Origin: Isurus oxyrinchus
Lineage: Eukaryota
Assembly: GCA_026770705.1 (NCBI GenBank)
Contig: JANJGN010000014.1
Coordinates: 70,866,001 to 70,930,000, forward strand
Direction: 5' to 3'
Length of the DNA: 64,000 nt
Part shown: one piece after another, positions 37,561 to 50,962 of the stretch
Numbering within the stretch: the first letter of the stretch is position 1
How the letters are laid out: the number at the start of each line of letters is the position of its first letter
The notes under the pieces: generated by a model
Seen by the model: only the letters and a program-made list of their open reading frames with translations
The model's database searches: none
Told to the model about the DNA's origin: nothing
Program-made: the position numbers and the translations under genes

Positions 37561-40500
37561 AGCGGACTTAGCCAGCGCTATGCCATGGCGTCCAGAGCTC
37601 TTCGCTCATCCACCGAAAGGAGTGGACTCCTCAATCTACTCACCTTTTATTAAGATCACATCATCAGCACAGTTCGTAGAGGCATTCGCTAACCTTACCC
37701 AAGCTGCGGATGATCCTCCGAAAGCCCGTTACGAGGTAAGATGTTCATTTTCGTGTGGGAGAAATGGTGGTGCTGCCGAATAATGAGACGTTTTGAATTG
37801 TGAGATGGTGGCGCTTACGGTTAAGGCACGCCGTCTGCTGTCAGTAGCCTTAGCTATTTTATGATGCAGTGATCATCAAATGGGGGTACAACGTGACTGA
37901 GTGTTTCGTGGCCTTGACAATAGTCACAGCACCCGCAAATCCAGAATGAAGAGAGCATGAAAGAATAAGGCAAATGGTTATCTAAATAGTTTCTAAAGTT
38001 GAGTTCATGGCACTGCACTGCTGCTGAGCCTCAGTGTACAGTTCAGAGAACACCGCAAGCAAATGTCTATCCTTCTTAATTACCTTCCGATAGGCGCTAT
38101 TTTCTCTGTAACATAATGCCAACCGACATAATAATCGTGTCCATAAAGCAGAGTTTCATTGTGATATGTTTATGACATAGTTAAAATGTCGAACTGTTTA
38201 ATAAACGTCCAAAGCACCATTGCCTGTATGACTTTACAAATATTAGCACCAAGTCCTATTAAATGTTGTTTAAACAAGTAAAAAAAAAAGATAATTCTCT
38301 TGCCAGGGATATAAAGAATACATAGCTTCCTTCTTTTCCAATCCGCATTCTGTCAATTAATAGCAGTGAACATGTTAAAATTCCATAAATATGTTTACAG
38401 TAGGCAGAGTTATTAAAATAACTATGCAAGTTAAAAGGCTGAAATCAAAAGTAAGATATGCTATGCTAGTACCAGTGAATTGTTGGTTTCACTGCCAGTA
38501 TTGGCCAGTGCTAATGTTGAATTCGTCTTCTGCCCGGATTGTTCTGTGACATGCTGCAGTATATGTTTCAATCACGTTAAAATATGAATTGAAACATCCC
38601 ATTTTCATTTAGGTCAAAATGAAATGTTAGAAAAATGAGTTCCCGAACTGCACAGTGGAACAATTACAATTGTTTCGGAAATCGATAAATCAGTTTAAAT
38701 ATGTTGATTTATTTGGTAATGTGTTACTAAATATTATTTCATCCCGGTCTGCTTCCGTGATAGCAGCTGAGTTAAAGTCATTTACCTGTCAAGACACTCA
38801 CTGGCGAAGCTCTAACTCAAAGTCAGTTGATGTGTGTGAGTACAGCACATGAGGACTTGCTGTTTTTAATCGCCAGGGGCAGTGTGCAGTCTAATTCATA
38901 TCAGCAACTTGTTCGGTATCGTGTCACTACTTCATGCATATGTTAAAACATAGAATTAGAGTAGTTTGGAGGAAATTTCTTCAATCATATAAAGAATTAA
39001 AGAATTGAAAGTATATACTCTGCATGTAGCTTCGAAATCTAAAATCCATCTATCTAAAGCACAGCGTGTCTGTACTGTCTATATTTGATTATCTCTTTAC
39101 GTCTGCCTGTCGGTATATCTAATCTACAAGTAAATTCTGCTCGCTCTGCTTTATTTTTAAATGGGCATAAATTCGAGCTTCTATTCTCCTTCTGCTCTCG
39201 TGTTCCCTCGCAATTGAATCTTGAGTAATAATGTTTCTGTTGCTACTCTCATGCTTGAGTAAAAGGTACATCGTATCAAAACCTTTCCGATCCATTTTGC
39301 GGGCAACATGTTTAATCTGATTTTAAAAAGCTGTGTTATGTATAATTCAGAGGGGAGTGAGTTTGAGGGCTTTGAAAGCATACAATTGCCACGGGATTTA
39401 CAAATGGCTAATTCCTGCATCGCCAATTCAACATATGTATCGCGCCTTCTCATTCACTTCACTTTTGTCTTTCGGTGTTTTGCTGACATATCTCTGCAGT
39501 TTTACTTTAAAGGATATATGCAGCATTATAAGTTTAAATCATTTTTATATAACGTGTTAACAACAGTGTATTGAATGAAGATATTGGACATTATTCAAAT
39601 TATATATTTAAAAAAATCACAATATTTGTGCCTCTTTGTTATACTTCTCAAAAACAGATGTTGGTAGAAAGTGCAAAACTTTGTTTACAACTATTTCCTC
39701 CTTCGAAATCTGATGCTGTTCATTAGTGGGCGCTTAACTGAGTTACTACCTGGAATAGTAATCCACAGCAAGTTCATTTATGTTGATATCACAATCAAAA
39801 TATAATCCTGTGAGTTAAATATAAAATGACATAATGAATATGGTAAAAGTATAGATGGTCACTTCCAAACATCAACACGTATAAGTTAACACGTTACAGT
39901 TCCTAACCGAAAAGTTCGAATAGTTTACCAATTACCACTGTGCTTGCTTACGTGAAATTTATAAACACACAATCAACTAATTCAGAGGTCCAAAATTTCT
40001 TCTGAAGCTCACGTGTTCCACGTCAAAATAATAAAGGAAGTTAATTGAAATATGGCTTTCTTTTGACAGCTGCGGACAATACTCCCTTGCAATCTTGACT
40101 GATTATTTAAATGAACAGCAGAAGCAGTCGTTTGAATACGTATTTAATTCCATCGCACCTTAGTATAGTTTTGTAAAGAATGAACAGTAACAGACCCACA
40201 TATTTACTTACTTCTATAAACATTCAACTATTCTTCTTTCTAAAAGCAATACGATCAACCGATTTCTGGACTGCCTCCTGCATTCAATCAGTTTAGAAAG
40301 TAGTTAGGGGGCATATAACTGAAGAATGCATTGTGAAGCAAATCAGAGGCAGACTTATTTTAGTAGAAGGCGCAGATTCACTGCAGTAGAGAGTGGAACG
40401 ATTCCCAAATCAGAGTGTGCTTCTAGATTTAAAGGGAACGGTACTGTCTCTTACTCACAATTTGTCTATTTACTTGATGATCGACCCCCTTGAGTCTGGA

Positions 40501-40698
40501 GCAAACGAGATAGAGCTATTCTGGCAATATATGACCAATGATTCGTGGGTAATAGTCCTCTAAGTAAACATCCGAATTATCTTATTGCTGCTTAGAATTT
40601 GTGCAATAACCATATCTTCAATTTTATCCCCTTCCCTGTTTAAAACCTCGGTTTGCACGAGGTTAGCTTCTATCTTAAGCCTGTAGCATATAAATGGG

Positions 40699-40778
40699 AA
40701 GTGGGGGGAGGGGTGGGGGGGTGACGTGTGGGCGGGGGGAGGAGGTTTGTGGTGGTGATGGTGGTGGTGATGATGGGG
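40699..40778. repeat. G-rich low-complexity tract with (GGT/GAT)n microsatellite
   Basis: Several G-runs of 3-8 nt, followed by GGTGGTGATGGTGGTGGTGATGATGG. Confidence 0.8.
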
Positions 40779-43700
40779 TGCTTCAATCTCAGGAGATAAA
40801 AGGGGCAAATTCGAGATCAAATCGCCAGGCAAGTATCAGGGTTGCTTTGCATTTTGCAACTTCTCAGGAATCCCAAGATTGGCTTTGAACTAACTTCTCT
40901 TTCGCTTTATTTTTGTGGGAAGTGCAGTTAACCATTCTAAACTTGCAAATAAGGCTGAACCTTTGTCGGGCACCAACGCGGAAGAGTAGGTTATATTAAA
41001 AAATGTACAGTTATTGCACTCGACCTATACTAGCAACTATATTAGCTCTCCATTAACTGTTCTGTGAATTGACAAGAGGAAATGTAGGGTTGTAAATAAA
41101 CTATAATGTACTACATTAGGGATTCCTATGAAAACACACCTATTAGTGACATGTTTTAAAAGGTTAACGTAAATGACCCAATACCACAAATGCAGTCATA
41201 CATGACAATAATTTAAGCACACATAACATTCTCAGCTGAGCCAAAATTCCTGATGCCCTTGAAACGTTTTACCCTCTTTAACGAGCAGTAACGAGGGATC
41301 GCAGTTAGACTCCAGATTTCTCGAGGGTTAGTCATACAGGGGGGTTGGTCTGTGGTGTGATTAGACTGGTGTGTGATTCGCTTTTGAATTTGTCCGCTTT
41401 GGCAGCGGTTGCTGGAGGGATCCCAGCTGGCCTTGGCTTGCTTTAAAGAAGGAGGAACTGCTGTCGAGGGAAAAGTGCAGATTTCATGATTGATGAACTC
41501 TTAACAATACCCCACTGACAGCTATGCATCCAGACAGAGCTGCAAGTCTTTCAGCAGAACTCCTTATTAGTTAGTGCACTGTTTCAAATTCCAAATTAGC
41601 CTTCCCTTTCATTTACAATTGCACGTTTAGAGCCATCATTTTTTGCAAAATAAACGGAAACATTGGCTGTAAATATACCAGGCAGTTGCCCACATAAAAA
41701 TGAAACATGATAACTGATTTTTCTGTCACGTGATCCTTTACTCAAGGGTTCCTGGAGAGCCGCTGTTTATTACCAGGACCAGCAAACACAAAACTCACCC
41801 TTCGTTTAGGGCGGGGCGCTCCATATTTTTGGAGAACTTGCAATATTTTATACTATTGATGACAGTAGAAGCTTCATAATTTATGCAGGGTCAAAACGTC
41901 ACTTGTTACTGTGATTGTGTATGTGACTGGCATGACCTCACTACAGTGGAAGCATAACACACAAATGAAGTTAAAGGAAAAGAAAACTAAATGAGTTTAT
42001 AACTAATATAATCGCCCTTAGAATGCAGAGCGAAAGCTGCATGGAGTCTGACTGCTATTGATTTGCATACAGAAAAGTTTTTACATCTTCAATGTAGCAT
42101 TCAAAAGCGAAATTCGGAATAACTTGCAGAGGTTTTGCAATTTGATCTGATCTAATAGCTCTAATAATACTAAATCAGCGACTATCCGAACTAACGTGCA
42201 TTTACAACCTGCTTATAAATAACAGAATCTAATCACCACATTCCCTTTGGAACTTTAATATCATGACAGTTGATCCTGAAATGTGAAAGGACCTACCAAA
42301 GACTCCTCAAGTTATTGAACGTTAAACGCATGGTCTTGTCTCGTGTGAACAAAGCAGATACGTTTGTTTAAAATGTTAACGCAACGCTGTTTTTTCTGGA
42401 AATAAAATACATAAAAGTGAGAATTTCAAAAAATTAAATATTTATTGGACTTTACAAACGTGGAACGTGGGCTTTTCGAAGCACATCCTTGTCTGACACA
42501 GTCAACATAGTTTGCTAACAAAAATTGCGTGGATTTGTTAAGGATTCAAAAGCTACTTATTTTTCTAAGTAGTTCTCTATTCTATGTCTACTGATGCTGC
42601 AAACAGACTTAAGTAGACGTTTGGAAAGCACATGTGTTCCCCTTTCTGAAACAGAAAGATACATTGCACCTTGCCTTCGAAGTAACTCGTGGATTTGATG
42701 CAGGTTGTTTCTCCTCTATATGTCAATAATAGGCAATATCATGCTCAATAGATTTCATTGCATCGTGAATTCAATTGATAAATACCAAGAGTAAGTGTTT
42801 TAAAAAAATACAAGAACTTTTAGATCAAATTGCTGGCAATTGTTCAACAGGATAGATCTTACTCAACAGTTACTTATTACATGGGGCTATATTCACTTGT
42901 TACAGTTAATTCTTTACTCATTTTGATTTGCTTCGGTGATGAAATGCATTTCATTTCTAAATATCAATATACATTCTACCAGCATAAATTCTGTCCATGC
43001 CTTTAAACACATTTAGGCATGTCTGAGTGCGTTCTTAGACGAAAAATTTTACACAAATACCCTACCTAAAGGTAATAGAGTCGTTTTGGGTTTTAACCAT
43101 ATTCGTTTTTAAAGTCGCAAATGGTGATAACCTATTGTGAACTTCTGAGTGAAATCCAAGAGGGAATAACATCCTAAGTATAAGTGTTTCAAGTGGCCAT
43201 CATTTCTTTATCTTCTATATTTTCTCATTTGGCTATGATATTGCTTATTTCGTCAACGTATCCTAGATGGAATACTATAAGTACAGTGACTTATCGAAAC
43301 CTTGTTTCTTCCGCCTCTTCTAAATAGGATATCAATGCATTGATCTATTCAGCTCTACATTTGATTCCGTCGAACAAAATGGCGTCTTTCATAGGTTTAA
43401 ACCCCAATCATCGTTGGCTTGTCATTAGTATCGGTTTCTTTTGAAATTCTGTGGTAACTGAGTTTCTGAATAATTATAAATTGTATTTTTTTCTGTGAAT
43501 GATCAGCCCAGTTGGCTTCCCTTTCTATTTTCATTGCAGCTCATTAAATATTTGAAGTGATCTTAGTATTTAAATTTGAATTAAGATCCATGATGTGGCT
43601 TGAGGAATCTAGCCCCACAATTATTTTAAAAAAACTATATTTCCTTAAAGCATGAAACAGTTTAAGGGGGAAACCATAGAAAATGGTCTATAACCTATTT

Positions 43701-44290
43701 TTAACGCGTTTTCAATAACAACCAATAGCTCCCCTATAAATAGCTACATTTTTATCATAAGCAATTGGTTTTATTCAGTCACAAGACTATTATTACTTAT
43801 GTTGTTTGGTTGCTGATTACATTTTCGTCTTATTTTCTAGGAATTTCGCTGATTGGGGCTTTGGACTAAGGCAGTTCAACTATTAAACTGAGCAATCAGC
43901 AGTGTCTGGATTGACATGTTCAACTCCAATACATCTTATTTATCTTTTCTTGCATATTTCCATGTTAATACTTCTTTACTCAAAGCTATTATATAATTGC
44001 ATTTTAAAGATATGTATTTAGTTTTTGAAAATCTGCAGATATTTGAAATATTTACCTTATTTAAAATAAAATACTGAAAATATTTTTATTTCTTGCACTA
44101 CATTAAATTTGTCAGAACTCGTTTCCTTTTATTCATGGCATAACGCAGAAATGAGTAAGAGATCCGTAAACTCTGGGATCAAGAGGCATGTGCTAAATGG
44201 TACGACCTTCCAGCCAGTTAAGACGATTATTATAAATGTCACATATCAAGGAGTATCAGCGGAGTGTGTGTGCGTGAACTGGAAGTCGGT

Positions 44291-45039
44291 CTAAAACTGC
44301 AACTGCTGAAAATCGGTGGAGCTAAAATTGTCACTTAAAAAGTCAAACACGTTGGATGGAATAACTAGAGTGTCCTCGTTTTCCAACAAAGACAATTGAG
44401 GTAATTCTTCTATCAGATCTAGATGTGGTTCGATTGGAATTTTGTCTAAATCCTCCAGAGGTGGGATGCTGAAACTCTCTGGGCTACTAGGACTTGTTCC
44501 AGCCGAGCAGTTTTTCAGCATAGGTATCAGGGAGTCAGTTTCATCTGAGCTCTGGGGAAAATAGTGGTTGTGAGTTCCCTCAGTGCAGATCAGAGAGGTG
44601 CCAATAACACTGAGCAGGTCACTGCTGATATCACTCAATGTATCTTGATGAGCGGAATCGCTAATATCTTGCTCAGCAATTTTTTCGCTCTCTAACGAAT
44701 TCAAAGTTTTATTTACAGGTGTCTCAGCAAAACTTCTTGTGGAAAATCCACTCTGATTAACACTGTGAGCAAAATGGCGCTTTGAATCAGCGTTGTGGCT
44801 TTGTTTGAATCGAGTTTGTCTCTTGTGTTTCATGCGTCTGTTCTGAAACCAGACTTTGACTTGCCTTTCTGTTAAATCGAGTAAAGCTGCGATTTCTACT
44901 CTCCGAGGTCTACAAAGGTAACGATTGTAATGAAACTCCTTTTCCAGCTCCAATAGCTGAGTGTTTGTGTAAGTGGTTCGTAGTCTCCTGGAGCTGTCAA
45001 AAGGACTCCCGTTGTCCGGCTCATTAAGCTCTTCGTTTT
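44291..45039 (-). CDS. hoxd2: HoxD2 exon 2 (homeodomain)
   Basis: Acceptor CCCCTTACTACAG at 45040. Encodes [60 protein letters not shown] (paralog group 2) and an acidic C-terminus ending DFQQLQF. Lies between HoxD1 and HoxD3. Confidence 0.92.
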
Positions 45040-45406
45040 CTGTAGTAAGGGGGGAAAAGTTCGATAAGTTATCACAAATCTTTCCAAATATTCCAGCAAC
45101 ATAAAATGGCCGCCTCCGAGACACAAAAGGCTTCCAGCAGAAAATGGCCCAGCAGGGCAACAGGAAGATGATACAGATGTCTGGAATTTGGTTATGTGTA
45201 GGTTATTGAAACCTACACAATACCAGGAGTGCTATAGACTCCAGCGGCCACTATTTACGTTTTGGATATTATTGGGATGTGAGCATTTTGCAGGTCTAAC
45301 ATCTTTCAATGAAACGTTACTGCTTCAGAATTGAATCGTTTTTAAAAATACTCTCTGTGCACCATATATACCAAAAAAAAATAAAGGAAAATATTATTGA
45401 CCTGAC

Positions 45407-45752
45407 CTTCATTAGAAGAACAAGATGAGAATGATCCCGTCGCTGGGACAGTTTTTTTCTTCTGGCTTTTCTTTTCTCTCATCCACGGATATTCCAGAGG
45501 TTTGTCCCCTAACGTGGCCCGACCAATGTCTTTTGAAGTGTGGGTTTTCCCATTTTGGTTTGTGTTACCATGGTCCACGCTGCTGAAGCTCTGCTCAAAA
45601 GGAGGAGGAATCAGTGTCGAATGTGAAAGCGTCGAGTTCTTGATTGATGAACTTTGAAATGTCTCGCCAACAGGAGGAAAGGATGTCAGGCACTCGGCAA
45701 GCGATGGTTCACTATTGATAAAACCAACCTCTCTCTCAAACTCGTTGTTCAT
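45407..45752 (-). CDS. hoxd2: HoxD2 exon 1
   Basis: [28 protein letters not shown]...[10 protein letters not shown] and EYPWMREKK. Phase-1 donor G|GTCAGG at 45406. The spliced CDS is 1095 nt (364 aa) with a 367-bp intron. Confidence 0.92.
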
Positions 45753-45913
45753 TTCTGCCCGGGCAGAATCGGTAGAAAATTGCTTATTTGATAGTTGTTT
45801 TGAAAATATATATTTATAAAATGTACTGATTACAAACGCTAAGGGACCGTGCTATTATTAAACTATGTCTATTGAATACACAGACACGACGTTGAGATGA
45901 GGCTGATTTTATC

Positions 45914-45940
45914 GTCACATGATCGCCTTAACCAATGACA
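45914..45940 (-). promoter_or_regulatory. HoxD2 proximal promoter E-box + CCAAT
   Basis: GTCACATG at 45914-45921 and CCAAT at 45932-45936, overlapping TGACA. Confidence 0.6.
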
Positions 45941-46859
45941 AGAGTGGAAAATAAGACTGGCTTTCTGAATGATTCTGAAATAAAATATATAAAGGTGTAG
46001 GTAGCGTTTTCCTGCCTTCTCCAGGCCATGTTATAATGTAAGGCAGTGCAGAATCATTCCTAGAAAGTAGAAAATGTACAGTGCTATTACAAAACATCCT
46101 GCATGTCTTGGTGGGCGGTTGTATTACTGCGAAGAAAAGAACACTCAAGTCTAGGTTTCTGTCTACAAATGTGTAGCGTGAAGTAATAAGCGACAAATCA
46201 ATTAATCTTCGGAGCTGTGACAATCATCGGAAGGCTCTTCCGTGTAGAAGAATGAACACAAGCTGTGGCTAAAGCAGCACCCTGGACAGTAGGAACTGGC
46301 AGTGAGGCCCAATGCCAAGTAGGACAGGATCGCTTTCAGACACTCTGCCTTTACCATGCATATAAACAGACTTTGTAAACATTTAAAACCCAACCCTTTC
46401 CCCCCTTTGGGCTATAAGAAGTATTTAGAAATGTGCAATTTATTCGGTATCTTTGCAATCTTAACAAGTACCATCTAACTTCCTCCATCTGGATCAGCAC
46501 ACCCTATTTACAAATGACTCCTTGCTCATATGTTATTTGTTGATTTCACAAACACCCACAAGCTAATTATTTAAATATTTCTGAAGTAAAATCTCGCAGA
46601 TTCTCCTTGACTCCAGCTGTTGTGACTTATGAACTTTACACATTATATAGAAACGTTTCTGAATTATTTGGCATTTAAACCCTAAAGGCTGCGCTTTCTG
46701 TAATCTGTTATTGCCAAATTAGTAATCATAATATTAGCTATTTTTTTCTGCTCACATACACACAAAATGTTTGAGAATTTAAAAAATAGTCAAAACACGT
46801 CATTGCATTTCTTTTTGTAACTCTCCTCAGCTGGTCTTTGGCTTCCATCAAATTGTTGT

Positions 46860-46930
46860 GTGAGTGGGTGCTTTTACTCCTTCTGTCTGCCTGGAAAAGC
46901 AACATTTTGCATTCTTTGACGTGTGGGTGG
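46860..46930 (-). promoter_or_regulatory. Candidate Krox20/Sox module upstream of HoxD2
   Basis: GAGTGGGTG at 46862-46870, CTTTGA at 46914-46919, GTGTGGGTG at 46921-46929. Located in the Hox2-Hox3 interval, where the Hoxa2/Hoxb2 r3/r5 enhancers lie. Confidence 0.45.
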
Positions 46931-48878
46931 TGTACTAACAAAACAAAGCTTTGGATCGCTTTCCGGCGTTGGCGTTAGTATTAGGCACGTTTAAAATAAC
47001 ACACTGAGGAGCTGTGTACAGTGCATTAGAATGATACTACATTCATATTTAGCGCTTCCTTATCCTCAGAGATTTTAAGATAAAGTAAATCAAAGGAGAT
47101 TACTCTGGAGAACATTTTAAGTGCTATATAACTTCAAGCTCTAAAATTGCCAACAGAAGGTTAGTTAGGTTGTTGCCTTCGTCAAACTATTGATGTTTCG
47201 AATGTTCACAGACTCATTTCTTTCTCATTTTGAAATAAAGATTTTTCGAGGGATGGGAGATATCTTTGTTGCCAGAAGGCTTTCATCGCCCCTGCTTTAT
47301 TTGTCAAACAAAATGGCGCCGCATGTGTCGGTGCTGCGGACTGCTGCTGTGCAGAGAGGAAGCAGCCAGTGCCTGGGATCAGGCTCCCCTCTCACAGGCA
47401 CCTAATACTGGAGCATCCGAAACACCGTTTTCTGCCTAATAGTATTGACGTCTTCGTAAGATAACGGTAATAGATTGAGGCTCTTCTGGGTTTATTCCTA
47501 CATTTATCACATAACATCTGTGGAAGTGTTTACTAACTCTTGTTGGATTGGTTTGCTCCCTGTATATTATGAAAAATCAAACAGTTAACTTTTTCCTTAA
47601 ATATATATTAATAGAATTGTTACATACAACGGGACAAATCATTTAGGAAAATCCAAGCAAGCAATAATTCTCAAGTTTTGTTAAAGTAACAAAAATGTAA
47701 ATGTTTGAATTTTATTTTGTCTGCTTTATTTACCTCATGCTATTTGGCCACATTTCTTCTCGACCTAACCTCCAGCCCCTATTTCCCTTTGTTTGCTTCC
47801 TGTTATTTTGTGCGCCTGAATCTTAACATTTCATGTGTTATATTACACTGCTGGGTAAGATACAAAATAGTGGCAATGATTTTTCACGTTATTTTAACAG
47901 TGATTTGAAACATGCAATATATCGTTTTGTAAATGCCCATTTTAACCAGACCGTAGCTCGGCTGAACATCTCCAGTCTATGGCTGCAGTCAGCTTGTCTT
48001 GTATTAATGAGAAGTGAGGAGACAAGATGGCGAAGCATTAAGCTGATATGGTGCATATGTATTTAAAAATAAAGGCTACAGGTTTGTTCAAAGAACACAT
48101 TTTTATTCTAAATATCTGTTGGAATAGTACCAGACAATTGAAATAAAGAATTCTTATAGAAATGTGTCGTCTATTGTGTAGTGCCACATTTTCTCTGATT
48201 TACTACAGTCATAACTTACAATTTGCTTTCAGAGATAACCCTTACATAATCTACAAACACCAGCCACTGATACAACTGCTCAAAAAACTATCCTCTCTAG
48301 TTTAAACCCAGGTTTACTAAAGAGGAAAAATATGATTGTAACAGACATGGATCAAACAGGTTAAAGTCAGATTGTATAAGATCTATAAATCTCACATAAA
48401 TACATTAAGACGAGGATAAATAAGTGATAGAAAAATCTATTTTCTTTTCGACTTAAAATAATAAATACATATCATTGATGTTCAATTCAGTTCGTTCATT
48501 ACTGAAAAGTACAGAGCTGAAGTTCTGGGCAGTTAAGACCAGTTACGGACAGAATCCCACCAAAGTGGAGTGTGTAGAATTACTAGTCTTTAAATTCTAC
48601 ATTAAAAAGGGTTTGCTGAAGACTGACTCCATATGTCTTACCTTCAAAAGCACCTATTTCAAGCAATTATTCCTTTATTTGCATTCTGCATTACGCTAGG
48701 ATCTTACGGAAAGGCATGCCTGACGTGTAGACCCTTAAATAAACACAGAAAAGCAATGTAACAGGTAGAGAATGAATGGTGGACAAATACTGTGACGGTC
48801 TCATAGCAGGAGAATATTTGATACAAATGAGGTAATAAAAAAGCGAAGTGACATCGCTTGGCAAACCGTGCTAGTCCG

Positions 48879-49627
48879 TTACAGATGTGTTAGTTTGGGC
48901 GCTTCTTGGATTCTTCCCTGAGATGTGTGATGAGGAGTCAGGTCTGTATATGTGGGATGGGGATCACAAGGTCCATGGTGGTGATTGCCTGGTATTTGAG
49001 CCGCGCAGCTATAGTCCACAGTGGCTGATGAAGGATGAGGAAGATGGCTAAGGTTAAACATCGGACCAGAAGCTGGCATTGAATCAACAAAGTTCCCTCC
49101 AACATACACAGGGCTGCCCTGCAAGTTATGATTGGCAAAACTACCATTGCCCTGCATAGTGTGATGGTCGTACTCTGTGCCCGGGTACCTTTTCTGCTGG
49201 GGTAGACAGCTATTATGGGGTGCAGTGTAAGCAGCCAAGCCGTACATATTTTGCTGGGATTTTGTGAAGGATGTTGGCGAAGGAGCTTCGTAACTCAGAC
49301 TGTTGACAGTGGGGAGCTGGCTTGAGAATCCAATATTATTTGGCGCGTTCAAAAGCGGACTTCTGTCTGGAGACTGTCCAACAGGGGAGTGCATTATCCC
49401 TTTGGACTTTTGATCCTTCTTATATTTCATTCTTCTGTTCTGGAACCAGATCTTTATCTGGCGTTCGGTTAGGTTTAATAAATTTGCCATTTCAACTCGC
49501 CGAGGTCGGCACAGATAACGATTAAAATGAAATTCCTTTTCCAGTTCGACCAGCTGTGCGCTGGTGTAGGCTGTACGGACTCTCTTGGAGGATGGACCTG
49601 GTGGACTTTTATCCTCACAATTGTCAC
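48879..49627 (-). CDS. hoxd3: HoxD3 exon 2 (homeodomain)
   Basis: Acceptor TTTCATTTTGTAG at 49628. Encodes [73 protein letters not shown]...[15 protein letters not shown] is D3-type. Confidence 0.96.
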
Positions 49628-50962
49628 CTACAAAATGAAAACATTATATTGGTTCCGATACATAAATGTGTAAACAAGCACGCCCAATCTAGAAGCCCCG
49701 CCGCGTCATTATCCATGAACTAGGAAAATAACTAATCCGATTCTTTAACCATTTCGCTCCCCTAGCCTAATGCAGCAGTCAAACTTAACCATCTGAAGGG
49801 TAACATTTCGATGACATACAGAGGTGGGATAGTACTTGCAATAACATTAAAATAAGCATTTGACGTCATCTCTAAATTACTTCGTTGGCTAAGTTCTCTG
49901 GGCAGTCTTCGGGTCGCGAAAGGCGCCAGATAAATGCAAGTTATGTCTTTTTGGCATTTACTGTAAATGCTGTTTGCTGATTCATGAGTGTCTATTTACC
50001 GACTTCTTCGGAATTTCCAGCAAAAAATACAATAACATAATAAAACACGAATTTCACATGAATTCATTTTAAGAAAAATATTTACTTAGAAATGTTTACC
50101 TATAATTTTGGAATGTAACAATTGCTTATTGTTGTTCCCCAGATTGCATTTAGATTGATTTGTGGAGATAACTACTTTAAATCTGGTGAGCAAATAAATC
50201 CACTCCAAATAAAGTATTACGTAGGAGTAGAAAATTTGCTTCCGCTTGATATTTTGCTATCATGCAATGATTAGTCGACTCGATATGTATTTTGTTTTGG
50301 TGTAAAAGTTGAACGGTGCTTAGTTATTCTCACTGGGATTACAGTTGTGCCGATTGGTAGTACCCACGAGAACACAATTAGAAGATGAAGTGTGGCTCCA
50401 TTACAAGTATTTCTATCATCTACCATACCTGAGCTCATATGTACTCGAAATTCTGAATTTACAGGCTTTGGGAATGAGCGGGAGAATTAAATGAAATCAG
50501 ATGCAATCAAATTAACTTATATGTGAGGGAGATACAAGCACATTCTTGAAATGACTGCACTTTAATAGATTCTGGTCTGTCAACGGGGAAGTCCGCAGTG
50601 ATAAAATAGGATTATTTGAGCCGCCTGCAAGAATTGCATAAATTAAGATTTCACCGTGTGACATTTGAGAATGAGAGAAGGATCAGCCTACTATTTCAGA
50701 AATTCCCTTTCACCTGATCAACGCTCCCAGAATTTGCCAGTTACTCAAGCAGTCACTTAGAATTCAATGACTTACAAATTATCCCCCAAATGTTCACGCA
50801 ACATCCTGAAAATATGTAATGATCCCTTTACTCTCCCCAGCCATCGGAAATGAAAGAGGGAAAATACTCTAACCTAGGTGTGACATTTTGGTAAACTTTT
50901 TTTCTAATTGTTAAAAGACTAGATGTGATTAGAAGTTGAAAAAGTGAAGTGCTGAAGGATAC

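Noticed and set aside
40560-40832. ORF with poly-His/poly-Pro resembling a Hox exon
   Set aside because: It is the translation of a G-rich microsatellite, with no hexapeptide, homeobox or clear splice context.
45040-45160. N-terminal 40 aa of the 289-aa ORF 44291-45160
   Set aside because: Intronic read-through upstream of the acceptor at 45040.
44291-49627. HoxD2 and HoxD3 exon 2 both have 749 coding nt
   Set aside because: There is no sequence similarity outside the homeobox, so I treat it as coincidence.
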